Source of the DNA: Eledone cirrhosa
Lineage: Eukaryota
Direction: 5' to 3'
Length of the DNA: 64,000 bases
NCBI GenBank assembly: GCA_964016885.1
Contig: OZ024750.1
Location: 20,894,001 to 20,958,000, forward strand
The translations under genes and the position numbers were made by a program. Of the stretch, positions 28,069 to 42,338 are shown piece by piece. The notes beneath the pieces were generated by a model that worked only from the letters and a program-made list of their open reading frames with translations, was not told the DNA's origin and did not search any database. Within the stretch, counting starts at the first letter, position 1. Every line of letters starts with the position of its first letter.

Positions 28069-29220
28069 ATATATATATATATATATTGAACCATGTAACG
28101 TCCAAATATTAAAATAGCTGCACGTCATTGATTGAAAGGATTTGGTTATTCGTCTCGTTGTATATTATTGACATTGAGTTTATCGACAAGCGTGGAGGTA
28201 AAGTTTTATTTATTACATTATTAGAAATAATGGATGCTGCTTCCCATTTCTGGGATGAAGCCTACAATACTGCTATTGTAATTTATAACGTAATATATAA
28301 GTACAGATTACGAGTTCGGATAGTGAAAGATCGCCATTAAAGAATATTTTGTTAATCATGTAGTTAAAAATCAGGTGCATTGATGATACTGATAATAATA
28401 ATCTAGTGTTAATCTATATATGGGATTATAATTTGATTTCTGAATCGCCTTTGTTTAGTTCATTATCTCATAATTATCTATTGATTCTCCCCTAATTTAA
28501 ACAAGTCATGCAGCAATTTCCCCTGACCAGTGATGAATTATCTGATCTTGCTTAGGTTCTCGTCACAACGTTAACTGTTACGACTGACAAGTTATCTGTT
28601 GACAGTTCAATAGAAATAAAGACTAGCAGCAATTACTGCAAGTGTTCATTATCGACCTCTAGTGTTACGGGTCATGAGTAAATATCCTGTCAAAGGCTTC
28701 ATTATGTAGACTTGGACAAGAGGCTAAAACCTTCGATTTCAATCGATACCCATAACTGAATAATTAGGAAAGTAAAGGTGGGTCAATTTGGCGAAGGTCG
28801 TTGATACAGGATTTATGGTTGTGAGCTGAGAGAAAGGAGGAACGAATGCTGAAGCAACGTGACAGTTTATTCTATACAATTCAATACAATTCAACTTTAT
28901 TTTGCTTTGAAACTTAGTAAAAGAAAATATAGGATATAGCAAACTCATAAGGTGCGTTATCAATTAATTTGATTAGGTTGATAATATTCAATAGCACAAA
29001 TAGCATTTACATAAAAATAAGTTAACAAAAAGGAAAGATTTAATGAGCATTGGATTTAATTATTCTTATTCATTAATGAAATAAATTCTAGATATATGCG
29101 TCATCTGTTTTTCACACATGGCACCATGTGCTCACCTACTCTTTTGCTAATCAATAAGTATATACAAAATTATTTGTTCAAACATTATATCAATGTAATT
29201 AATCTCTGTCTATCACACAC

Positions 29221-29325
<105 letters not shown>

Positions 29326-29352
29326 GGTGGATGTGGGTGTGATATATATATA

Positions 29353-29543
29353 TGAGTCTCGGTTTCAATCGGGGGTAACCACTCTAAGAAAGGTACTCAA
29401 TATAAGTTGTTTAATATAGACATGGTTTGTTCAGGTCTAGAACTGCTTCATTTTTTTTAAAGAAACAGTTCTAGTCCTTTAGAAACCATTTCTATATTTA
29501 ACGTGAATTATAAATAATGCGTGGTCCATCAACCCCTTATTTT
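29353..29543 (-). mobile_element. Diverged family B fold-back element
   Basis: Minus tail TATTGAGTACCTT...GTGGTTACCCCCGATT. Imperfect arms about 29411-29449/29462-29500 containing GAAACAGTTCTAGTCC. Confidence 0.7.
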
Positions 29544-29560
29544 ATATATATATGTATGTT

Positions 29561-29592
<32 letters not shown>

Positions 29593-29602
29593 ATTATATA
29601 AA

Positions 29603-29938
<336 letters not shown>

Positions 29939-29976
29939 TATATATATATATATATATATATAATTATATATATATA

Positions 29977-30022
<46 letters not shown>

Positions 30023-30211
30023 TATATATATATATATATATATATAATTATATATATATATATATATATAATTATATATATATATATATATATATAATTA
30101 TATATATATATATATATATATAATTATATATATATATATATATATATAATTATATATATGTATATATATATATATATAATTATATATATGTATATATATA
30201 TATGTATATAT

Positions 30212-31387
30212 AAATTAATAAAAACAATGAATAAAATCAAAGAAACAGTTCCTTATATTAAGGGATATATAAGTGTGTGGGTATGTTATCATATAGATCT
30301 ATGTAAAAAATATACAAACTATTTGAGGTAATATACATACCTACACATATATATACTGTCTTCAGAAATAATGATATTTGTTTATTGAAACACACCAACA
30401 AAGATTTAATATAATAGGTCTGTTTGGGAAAAAGGTTTTGAATTGACCAATAGAAAAGTAGTCAGTGGACAAGTTGATAGAATAGTAGTAGTAGAAATTT
30501 AATTTAGGGATAGAGGAATGCAGGCTTCAATTTTGAATGGAAATAAAACTTTGAATGAAAATATTACTTTGGGGATGAAATGAAGTCAAGCCGGTGAAAG
30601 GTACATGAAAATTTGATGTTATTAAAGAATAATGCTAATGTTAAAATAGAAGGAGAATAACATTTTAGGATAAATGTGTCAGTGAGAAATACCAATCTTA
30701 TTAAAAACATAAGGAATTTAGATCTATAAAAAGAAATTAAATTAATTTAATTGATAGGTATACTTATAGGGATACATTTATATTAATTCATATAGATGTG
30801 ATAAATAAAAGTTAGATATTATTAAAGAATGTTGTTAAAAACGAAGGAAAAAAATGTGGAGGGGGATAAATGTATTAGTGAGAAATAACAAACTGATAGA
30901 GACTACAAGGAATTTAGATTCATAGCAGGAAATTAAAATAGTTTATATGTATACATATAGGCAATAATTTTAGGAAAAGATAGCTGTAAAAGGGAAATAA
31001 AATTATGAAGTTCTCAGTAGTAAAATACTAATTATAGGTTAACTAAAAAAACCCTAATTATAATAATTTGTAAAATAAAAGTGTATATTAATTAGTTTAT
31101 AATATTTGAAAGTTTTTCTAATTCTATGATTGCACGATATAATTAAGTCTTGTCGCTTATTTAATAGGATATCCTTAGATTTCATTATTTCAAAAAGTTC
31201 CTGGGAACATAATCTACACTTATTTCTGTTATTTTGAAATAGGGTACTCCAGGTTTTGAGCACACTGCAGGTCAGGTTATAATCGATATTATTTTTTCTA
31301 TAATTATTAATTATTTCAGCCAAGGATGTTGTATTAGCTAATGCGGCATTTTTAAAACTGTGTTTGTGGGTATTAAATTTTACTTTA
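30212..31387 (-). mobile_element. 5'-truncated Penelope-like element (family P): endonuclease end plus long 3' non-coding region
   Basis: ORF end at 31054-31386. 3' region homologous to 3727-4200. The GAAA/stem III part of the hammerhead is deleted in this copy. TA-flanked. Confidence 0.8.
31054..31386 (-). pseudogene. C-terminal part of a Penelope-like GIY-YIG endonuclease
   Basis: KVKFNTHKHSFKN...NTTSLAEII...VLK...KCRLCSQELFEI...LLNKRQDLIISCNH, matching the PLE pattern HKxSF...TxLS...CxLCxxE...LLNKRxEL..xCxH. Confidence 0.8.
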
Positions 31388-31399
31388 TGTATATATATG

Positions 31400-31430
<31 letters not shown>

Positions 31431-31632
31431 GTATATATATACATATACATATATATATATATATACATATACACACACATATATGCATCATTGTGTATAT
31501 ACATGTGAGGGGGGGTCTTTCTCGGTGTGTGAATCTCTCTCCTTTTTCCCCTCTCTCTCTCTGTGCTAATTCAGTCGTATTACTTTGGACTTTCTGCTTT
31601 ATGTATCCACAGGCTTATCTGACACGACTCGT

Positions 31633-31870
31633 GAACTTTTGTATGTAATTATGGTAACTAAATATTAATTAACATATAGTAAAGTGCAATTGCACCAACA
31701 TGACTTCATCATGGTAAGGTCTTTAATTAATTTAGCTGATTTTTACTCCAACATACTCCAATTTAGTATTATCTGTATCTGTAATTTTTAACCTGGGGCA
31801 CTTTGGCAATTTCAGTGAGGAAAGTGCATTTTAGGTTGTAAATACTTTATCATTATTCGCACTAGTTTTG
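31633..31870 (+). repeat. Diverged ~220-bp dispersed repeat, copy 2
   Basis: Aligns to 25553-25772. Confidence 0.8.
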
Positions 31871-33241
31871 TTTCACGTACTATAATATCTTTGAATATTG
31901 CAAAAGTTACTTTCAAAATTATACAGAAAATATGTAATATGTCAGATGCAGCTAGATGACTCTCTCTCTCTCTCTCTCTCTCACATATAGTCTTTGTTGT
32001 GATCCAAGTTTTGTCTCTGAATTCGGGAATAGAGGTTGAGGTTTAGTTTAGCGAGCGTTATGAGTGCAGCACAGATGTTGGTTTACAGTAGTCTTTGCAT
32101 GGTTTGTTTATGTGTTAAGGCTATCAACGGTCTTATTTACATACCTTCGTTAATGATATGCCGGAAATTAAGTTGAAGTCGAATGTATTTTACAACAGAT
32201 TAAATACCCTGTACATGGAATGAACTGAAAATCAAGAGAGACAAATCATTAAAACAAAATGCATATATGTTTCAAAGACATGAATGCATGTAAAATATAC
32301 GTAGGTTTTTTCAATTATTCACTCAATCATATGAAGGGGGATATATTTTAAATAGACTACTTCGTATGTAGCTATACAAAACATAAGACATCGTAAGAAT
32401 AGGTTTAGGAAACTTCGAGTATTTCGATCTAAACCTATGCAGTAGTATATTATCTATAGGATAGGTTTACATTTTCGGATGTAACATTGAGATCATGGAA
32501 TTGTAGGAAATATCTAGAGATACTCGTGAAATACATTGAAATTTCCAAGTTTCAAGACTTTTCGTGGGCTTTGTACAGGAATACATTCACGGTGCATTTG
32601 GCAAATATGTACAAAGAACATACACACACATGCATATATGAAGTACGTTCAAGTATGGAAGCACGTGTACATACATATATCTATTATATGTTATACCATG
32701 CATGATCCATATTACGTGTGTGTACCGATAAATATTTCATTGAAAATTAAGAATTATAAAAGTCAAACATCAATGAAAAATAAATATAAAACTATTATTA
32801 TAATCCAGTTTTATGAATCAAGTCACGTTGCCTTGATGCCCAGTTCAATTAGAGGGACTCCGTTAAACATGAAAGAGGTATGGGGGGATCTTTTATATTT
32901 TTTCTACATTAAGCTTCAATGGAACGCTGATGGCAACGCATAAAAAGTGAAATGCAGTGTTGAGATTAAACGGTTAGCTATTTGAATCTTATGAAAGCGC
33001 ATCTCAACAAATTATAATTACTTTGGACAATCTTGATAATAACTCTTTTTAGCAAGGCAATTGCTCTTTTATATGGCTATGGATATATTTTTCGACAATC
33101 AATTGCGTGATGTAATCTGACAGAAAACCAGAGTCAACGCTATTATCTGATGAAAGTGTTAAAAATGAAATTGGCTTTTCAAAGAAAATACCGAAGAAAC
33201 AAGAAGCGAATTGACTTTTCAAGCACTGATTAGTCACTTTA

Positions 33242-33311
<70 letters not shown>

Positions 33312-33322
33312 GTATATATGTC

Positions 33323-33359
<37 letters not shown>

Positions 33360-33602
33360 GTATATATGTCTATATATATATATGTGTATATATATATGTA
33401 TATATGTCTATATATATATATATATATGTCTATATATATATATATATATGTCTATATATATATATATTTATATGTCCATATATATATATATATATATGTC
33501 TATATATATATATATGTCTATATATATATATATATATATATATGTCCATATATATATATATATATGTCTATATATATATATGTATTTATGTATGTATATA
33601 TG

Positions 33603-33633
<31 letters not shown>

Positions 33634-33776
33634 ATATATATATGTGTATATATATATATATGTCTATATATATATATATGTCTATATATATATATATGTC
33701 TATATATATATATATGTCTATATATATATATATGTCTATATATATATATATGTCTATATATATATATACATATGTC

Positions 33777-33822
<46 letters not shown>

Positions 33823-33838
33823 GGTATATATATATATG

Positions 33839-33872
<34 letters not shown>

Positions 33873-33932
33873 TGTATATAGGTATATATATATATGTATA
33901 TATATATATATGTATATAGGTATATATATATG

Positions 33933-33965
<33 letters not shown>

Positions 33966-33969
<4 letters not shown>

Positions 33970-34191
33970 TAAAATAACAGATTAAAGTTTAAGCAAAAAA
34001 TCGCTGCTTTCACCCTTAACGGGATCCTCTGAAACTAATTAAGGGTGAAAGCAGCGATTCTCTGCTTAAGCTTTAATCTGTTATGTTAATCAATATTTGG
34101 TCTACGGTTCTTATATATTTGATATATATTTATCCTTATCGAGCCCTCTTTGGATTTTAGTCTTCAAATTTACTAGTATTACTATTATTAC
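33966..34191 (+). mobile_element. Fold-back element, family F
   Basis: Arms about 33968-34019/34039-34090. Minus hammerhead AGTTT-CAGAGGA-TCCCgttaaGGGT-GAAA-GCA..TGC-TT-AAACT (33986-34036, U4A). Tail has TCGAGCCC. Relic of the same family at 18776-18840. Confidence 0.8.
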
Positions 34192-34209
34192 TATATATAT
34201 ATCTATCTA

Positions 34210-34308
<99 letters not shown>

Positions 34309-34441
34309 GTATGTATATATACATGATATATATATATATATTTATGTATGTATATATACATGTATATATATATATATATTTATGTATGTATATATACATT
34401 TATATATATATATATATTTATGTATGTATATATATATATGT

Positions 34442-34495
<54 letters not shown>

Positions 34496-34534
34496 ATGTA
34501 TGTATATATGTATATATACATGTATATATATATG

Positions 34535-34575
<41 letters not shown>

Positions 34576-36381
34576 GTATATATGTATATATACATGTATA
34601 TATATATATCTGTGTGTGTATGTATGTATTCACAGCATTCCTGTTATTGTTATCCTCGTTTGTTTTCTTCAATATCTTTGAGTTTATATTTTCAGTCTTT
34701 CTTCTTTTTATGTTTTCTGGCATACTGTTTTCATCTCTCATCAAACCATCATTTCATGACACTTCTCTCCTCCATATCTATCTTCCTCTGATACTCAAAT
34801 ACTATCTCCATTACTTTATTCCTCTTTGTGAATCATTTATTTGCTCACCACACCTGTTTTCCATATATATATATTCAGCTTTGTTGTAGCTTTTTCTTAC
34901 TCTCTTCACTATTTCTTCTTCCTTACACTCTTCGCTATATTTTCTTTCTTATTATTTCTTCTATTACTCTGTCACACTATCGCCTTTCACCCCTCTCTTT
35001 CTACTATCTTTCATTTCTACAGTCATTCTTTTCAAATCTCTGAGGTTTCTCTTTATTCAACTCTCCACCCTCTTCTACATTTTCTTCCTATCATCTCTCT
35101 TTCTGCAATCACTTTTTTTCAAATCTACATTTCACATCCAACATTTCACTCCCCACTTCTCTTTTATTGTATCGATATTCTCTTCTTCCCCTTTTTCCTA
35201 ATATTCCTAATTATTTCAGGAGTTTGGTTGACTTTTGAATTACGAAACATAATTAATGAAACACCATTAAAACATATATGTATTTGGTAAATTACCTGAT
35301 AGATTAATAATCTGATTAATTGTGCACAAAAATCGTCTTATCAGTTCCATGCACGCCTGTCAGTTAAATTTGCCTAATTGGTTGTATCTTAAACATAGCT
35401 GGTTCTTTTTTGTTTGTGTCTATTTTTTTTTTAGCAATAACAATAAACATAACACAGTTATGTTATTAAAATAATCCTTTGGCGGTAGATTTATTTATCG
35501 CTGTAGAATTCAGTATTAATTGAAAAAGATGATGAGGAGGAAATGTCTAAGAATGGTTTTCATCGATGGCTAATGCAATGTATTTATATTTTAATTGCAT
35601 ATTCATATTTTTAATTTTATATATGTACTCATTTTCATCGAATGCCCCTACGTATAAGTATTCTTATGTTTCTACTTATTTTCAAGCGGTTATCCGCTCA
35701 TATAGTGAATACAGTTTTTTTATATTTAAGGAAGATATTAATTTAGTAATTATGAATAAAAGGACAAAACAATGAAGTTACGAGACATTTTTTATATAAC
35801 CAAATGAATTGTTAAATATTATTACAAGATCCGTACGCAAATACACTGCAGAGAAAATTCCAGATAGAGTGTGGATTAGCAGGTGTTATTTTTGGATTAA
35901 TGTGTTAACCTATAAATAAAAGAAAACGTGATTCATTAACGGATGGTAAACATAATGTTTCTAATCATTGCTCTGGAGATTTAAACAAATGTGGCGAGCT
36001 TTATGGTGTTCTAGTTGAACACAGATCAAACATGCAAAATGTCTTAACACATTTCACTTCTAATTTCGCCAATTTGTTTGTGGTTTGGCTGGTCGTTACT
36101 AGGGCTTTTAATTATTAACTTAAACCAAATTCAGCAATTTTACCCCCGTTGAAAATAATTTATTAATCTCTACTGTTTCTTTTTTCAAATGTTTATTGAA
36201 AAAGTAAATTTGCATTTGTTTAGATAAGAAAAACATGTGTCACATGTTCTTTTAATCTTATTCATTTTTTATATCGCTTTTTCCATACCTAAAAGTCAAA
36301 CAAAACATATCTGCTATTTTATACACGAACAAAGCGCCTTCGTGTGATTTTCATAATGGTAAATATATACACGAGTAGAAT

Positions 36382-37030
36382 ACCCAGTGCATTACTGGTA
36401 CTTTATTTTATCGACCCTGTAAGGATGAAAGGCAAAGTTAACCTCGGCGCGATTTGAACTCCGAATGGCAAGTGCCGTAACTCTATGCGTCACAGCATGG
36501 TGTCGACCCTCTATCGATACTGCCAATTCAGTGCTAATAATGAAAATAATGCTATATTGGTCACAAAACGAGATATTTATTGGAATGGGTAAATACATTA
36601 ACGACTTATTTTTTAATATAAACATAGATAGAATGACGGACAATGGTGGTATTAGTATGCTAACAACAATTGTATGGTCTTCTCACACACACTTTGTTAT
36701 CCTAGAACATACGTGCATTGACCCCGTGTACCTAGTTTCCAGTTTAAGAAATGGGGCTATCGGTGTATTTCTCAAAACATGACTAGCAATAGAAATATTG
36801 ATAACAATGTTTCTGATTTAGATACAAGTCCAACAATGTTTTTTTGTTTTTTCTTTAGGGTGAAACCGAGTAATTCGATTTCAGTGCGTTATTGGGACTT
36901 TATTTTATTGATCCCCTAAGGATGAAAAGCAAAGCCAACCTAGGCAGGATTTGAACTCAGAAGAAAAGGAACGCAACTATGCCACAAAGCATGTTGTCCA
37001 ATGCTCTACGGATACTGCCAATCCACAGCC
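36382..37030 (-). mobile_element. Two SINE family 1 copies (about 36382-36530 and 36805-37030)
   Basis: GATGAAARGCAAAG...GATTTGAACTC...GATACTGCCAA signatures. Confidence 0.8.
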
Positions 37031-37949
37031 CTAATAACAAGTACAATAGTAGAAGGAAAAGAGGGAGGGACATATAAACAAACAATGTAAGGTTCTACAC
37101 CACAGAAATAATGTGTTCCATGATACAGCTTGAATTATTAGATATGTGCTGAATATATATAGAAAAGAGAGTCTCTTCAGCACATAGACATCGAAATACG
37201 AATTGTCCTTTTGGGGCACTGTCTCGCTAGTCAGATAAGTGGTGCCTGTGTAAAATCACTGCGGAAACTGTGCATATAATAGCAGATCCAATAATCAATT
37301 CATCAACAGCGACAAAACAAAAATAAATCTAAAAAGAAAATGAAAAATAATCTGTTAGACAAGAACTAACACAGATTTCCAAAAATATGTTTTATGTGTA
37401 GCTTGTCTCTATCGTGTAAATCTCTTTGTTGACATTGAAAACACGTGTAAAAAATGCAACCAGTTGAAAAAATAGCCAAAACATGATACAGAGAGCTTTC
37501 AAACATGAAAAAGAAAGATTCGAAAATCGATGTATGTAGCACACGTAAAATTTATTGAGTTTTGGTGTATTACAAATGTTCATAATATGATAACACGTGC
37601 ATAAAAAAGATGGATAAACTGACAAGAAAATGATATAAACACAACAAATACTAAAAGTAAAGTAGAATCGATTAAATTGACCACAGGACTTCACCGATAT
37701 TGTATTTTATCGACTAGGAAATGATGACTCAAAGATTACTTCGATGAGATGTCACTCAGAACACAAATATCTGGAACGTATACCATAAATTATTTCTCGG
37801 ACGGACTACTAACTTTGTATGAGAGGAAGTAGATGAAATCGACACCAGTTCATCACTGGTACTTTATTCTATCCATAGCGGTTGAAAGGTAAAGTTAACC
37901 ATGCCGCAATGAGAACTCAGAAAGTAGTCATCCTCTAGTTGACATCATA

Positions 37950-38263
37950 TTTCACCGAGGTTAGCTTTGCCTCTCATCCTAAAGGGGTTGATGAACTAAA
38001 GTATCAGTAATGCACAGAGGTCGATTTAATCATCTTTCTCCTCCGCAATAAACATTAGCGTTGTGGCTAAATCAGAAACTATTATTTGGCAGCATCGGTA
38101 GAGGGTCGGACGCCATGCTTTGCAGCATAGAGTTACGGCCCTTTATGATCTGAGTTTAAATACCGCCGAGGTTAACTTAGCCTTTCATCCTTGCAGGGTC
38201 GAAAAAGTACAGTACCAGTAATACACTGAAATAATTGCTGGCTTTGTGCCAAATGTAGAAACA

Positions 38264-38305
<42 letters not shown>

Positions 38306-38460
38306 GTAGAGGGTTGGACGCCATGCTTTGGGGCATAGAGTTAGGGCCCTTTCAATTCTGAGTTCAAATCCCGCCGAGGTTAACTTTGCCTTTCATCCGT
38401 AAAGTACCATTAATGCACTGGGTAATTGCTGGCCTTGTGCCAAAAGTAGAAACCATTATT
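37950..38460 (+). mobile_element. Cluster of three SINE family 1 copies separated by ATT repeats
   Basis: Copies at about 37950-38085, 38086-38270 and 38306-38460. Confidence 0.85.
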
Positions 38461-38478
38461 ATTATTATTATTATTATA

Positions 38479-38749
38479 GTTGGATTTATCTTGCTTTATG
38501 TTCATACGAGTTATCACCAAGTCACAACCAGTGACCTCAAGAGACAACACAAGGTCTGCCATTTTCAAGAAAGAACATACATACATGCACATGCATCTTT
38601 AGGTGTTTAGACTTGTGATGTACTTATATTGACAGAATCTTCCTTAATATGTTGGAAGTTCCCATTAGTACTACATTTTCTATTTCTCCTATACGCGGGT
38701 TTCCTGGAATTTGCGATAAATAATCGTTAGACCCCTTAGGTATCATTCC

Positions 38750-38750
<1 letters not shown>
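38479..38750 (-). mobile_element. Dong/R4-like non-LTR 3' end in (ATT)n
   Basis: GMIPKGSNDYLSQIPGNPRIGEIENVVLMGTSNILRKILSI* followed by a 3' UTR. (ATT)n on both sides. Confidence 0.8.
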
Positions 38751-38797
<47 letters not shown>

Positions 38798-39059
38798 CAG
38801 TAACCTTTCTATGAATTTGCAAATGAAACCATACTTTATAATGCGAAGACACAGAAGCCGAATATACATGTTTCATAAATTCTGCTCGATGTTTCTTATC
38901 ACAGTAATTAATTAGCTAAGTTCGCAGCAGTTTATAAATAGCTGCATAATATATGTTGAATAGTTAAATATTTAATGTCATGTCAATTCAGAAACCAAAC
39001 ATGTATTTTCTCATGAATGCAAGGACCATTTAGAAATTTAGAATATATTTGCCATAATG

Positions 39060-39106
<47 letters not shown>

Positions 39107-39110
<4 letters not shown>

Positions 39111-39545
39111 AAAGAATAGAGGTGTAACACACTAGTTATTATATATTGGTAAACGGAATAGAAAATGCTGACAAATTGTTCACAGTTGAAAAATGGTTTA
39201 ATTAGGAATAAAAGAGTATTAGTGATCGTATGGGTTAGCATTCAGTTGTGGTTTTAAGTTTTTAAGTTTTTACCGGTTGCGCATTTCTAAATGCTTTTCA
39301 AAAATAATTTTGAGATAGAGTGTCCGTGCTGTTTGCTCTGATCTCAGAGATCAGAGCAAACAGCACGGACACTCTATCTCAAAATTATTTTTGAAAAGCA
39401 TTTAGAAATGCGCAACCGGTAAAAACTTAAAAACTTAAAACCACAACTGAATGCTAACCCATACGATCACTAATACTCTTTTATTCCTAATTAAACCATT
39501 TTTCAACTGTGAACAATTTGTCAGCATTTTCTATTCCGTTTACCA

Positions 39546-39552
<7 letters not shown>
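39107..39552 (-). mobile_element. Family C element forming a 206-bp-arm palindrome
   Basis: Arms 39140-39345/39347-39552 with a 1-nt loop. Short tail 39107-39139. Hammerhead-like TTGAAAA-GCATTT..AAATGC-GCAA-CCGG-TA at 39388-39425. Confidence 0.85.
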
Positions 39553-39585
<33 letters not shown>

Positions 39586-40277
39586 ATGTATATATAAAAA
39601 TTAGAATTGCTGCTCTGAAATAGCGATATATATATGAATGTATATAGAGTGTATTTTGCAATAAACCGTATGCTTAATTAAAAGCATTTCGAAGACCTTA
39701 CGCTATTGTTTTAGAGTAGTGACAGTCTCACTTACTTTAATTTTCAGTAAACAGGGGAGATAAAGCTGACCGAGCTCTGTTACGCACTTTTTGGTGCTTA
39801 TCAAAGCTAACTACTCCACCTGTTTGCTGAAAATCATGAATGTTTGATTCTTATAGAATTCTAGTAATAATCAGGAACTTATTATACAGAACGGTTGCAG
39901 GTCAAGCAGAAATTTAAAATTAGAATTGTTGCTCTGAAAACGCAAAGTAATTTAAATTAATTTAAGGAGTGACCGGTATTGAAAGAATAAACTGTCACCG
40001 CCCAGACTCCAATGAACTGCATACTCCATTCATGTGCTAGTGACACTAGCAGAAGAAAATATGTACAGAAACATGCTGATAACAATGCATCATCTGCACA
40101 CTATGCAACTAAACATAATACATAAATTACAGAATCCTGGTATGGTTAGAGTAGCGGATGGCATAATCTATATAGGCAGAAAGGAAATTCAACAGAACAC
40201 AGATTCTGTATTTTTAATATTGATAATATCAATGAATGGTGGGTTATATCTCATCGCGTCGCTTTTGTCTGCATTAT

Positions 40278-40862
40278 GGCGGTGGATTGGCAGCATCGGT
40301 AGAGGGTCGTATGCTATGCTTTCCAGCCTAGTTAAATCCATTTGCGGTCTGAGTTGAAATCCCGCCGAGGTTAACTTTGCCTTTCATCCTTACGAGGTCG
40401 ATAAAATAAAGTACCAGTAATGTACTGGGTAATTGATGGCCTTGTGCCAAAAGTAGAAATAATTATATTGGTTACGGGTGGGGGATTGGTAGTATCAGTA
40501 GAAGGTCGGACGCCATGCTTTGCAGCATAGAGTTACGCCCCTTTATGGTGTGAGTTCAAATGCCGCCGAGGATAACTTAGCCTTTCATCCTTACGAGGTC
40601 GATAAAATAAAGTACCAGTAATATGCTGGGATAATTACTAGCTTTGTGCCAAAAGTAGAAACAGTTATGTATCGATGGATTGGAAGTATTGCTAAAGGAT
40701 CGGACGCCATGCTTTGTAGCATAGAGTGACGGCCCTTTATGGCCTGAGTTCAAATCCCGCCAAGGTTAACTTTGCGTATCATCCTTACAGCGTCGATAAA
40801 ATAAAGTACCAGTAATGTATTGGGATAATTGCTGGCTTTCTGCCAAACATAGAAACAATTAT
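40278..40862 (+). mobile_element. Head-to-tail trimer of SINE family 1
   Basis: Three diverged full-length copies at about 40278-40466, 40476-40668 and 40675-40862. Confidence 0.92.
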
Positions 40863-41789
40863 GTATTCAAAGATGGAAAGCCAGTACTCGTAGCCATTTT
40901 CAAAAACTAAGAGATTTGATTAAACGAGTGCGAAAATATCTTCATACTGGAGACCTCAGCCGAGTGTTTCTAACAGAATGAATGCAGCTAAAGGACCCAA
41001 GAGTTCAACTTCTTTTGTTATACTGGATGACGTATTAAGTCACACACCCCATTAAGTTTACAAAATGAACCGAAATAAGAACGTACATAAAAGTCAATAT
41101 CACATAATTCATGATGTCCTGCAACGATATATATATTTTCCATATAATAATATATTAAAATTAATGATTTATATTTTTATCATTGGGCGATATTATCACA
41201 GTTGGCACATCCATCTCAGTGGTAATTTTATCGATCACAGAAAAGTACAAGTCACACTGAAGCCCGATAGTATTTGAACTCAGAATATACGCGAATGAAT
41301 CTAAGGCCTTGTTTTCAATAACAGGTTGGAATCATTTTTTATTATATATCAATCAATGTTTGGGATTTGCAAATTAATTTTTACGTGAGGCAATTTATCA
41401 CACCATTGATTTAGGATATAGTTTATTATCAATGGGAATTGAGATGTAATTTCGAAGGTTATACAAATTATCTGATATGCCGTATCTATTGAAAATATCT
41501 CGAAATCCCTCATCGGCATTTACTATGGTGTTTCCACCATAATTTAACACATTCTAACACGCCATTGCGTAACTGACCTCAATCGGGAATACGTACATGT
41601 CTGATACATATATCACACAAACACACACACACACACACTGCTTATATATGTTTGTGTACGTGTGTTACTGAAAAACAACGATTTAAATGTATATATGAAA
41701 GTGTTTAAGTCTCTCCGATTTAAATTACTTCACGTCTCCTCTAAAATCCGCATTTTCTCCTCGCCTCTTTCTACCTCTCTCTCTCTCTC

Positions 41790-41869
<80 letters not shown>

Positions 41870-42149
41870 TGCACTCTTAGCTGCTAATTATTGGATTGGT
41901 CTATATGAACTTATGAAATAGAGTTCCCATAATATACCAGAATATATTGAATTTGAGTCGATGTAGATTAAAGTTGGCTATGGCTTTCATTGAATCCGAC
42001 TCGGTCGGCTTTATTCCGATGCAATGACTGTCTATGTCCGAAGACGGCTTGTTTAATAATCGAAAGGAACTCACAATCTATTGTTTTCAAATATATTTTA
42101 ACACTCTTGATGCAAAAGCTCTCAAATCTATCACATATTATATGATACT

Positions 42150-42338
42150 CATGGACGGTGCTTTTCAGCATAGAGTTACGGCCTTTTACGATCTGAGTTC
42201 AAATCCCGCGGAGGTTAACGTTGCCTTTCATTCTTACGGGGTCGCTGAAATAAAGCTCCAGTAATGTAGTAGGGTTGATTTAATCGATTTACCCGTCGCC
42301 CAAAATTGCTGGCCTTGTGCCTATATAAGAAACCATTA
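42150..42338 (+). mobile_element. SINE family 1, longer-body subfamily
   Basis: B box, body and GCTGGCCTTGTGCC tail, with an extra GGGTTGATTTAATCGAT segment. Similar copy at about 49880-50052. Confidence 0.85.

Noticed and set aside
39140-39552. MITE/foldback DNA transposon interpretation of the palindromes
   Set aside because: Arms are asymmetric (tail on one side only), arm lengths differ among copies of a family, and they contain ribozyme motifs, which fits retroelement inversions better.
40278-40862. Repeat-spacer look (CRISPR-like) or tRNA gene cluster
   Set aside because: The ~190-bp units are SINEs with A/B boxes. No cloverleaf, no cas genes, eukaryotic context.
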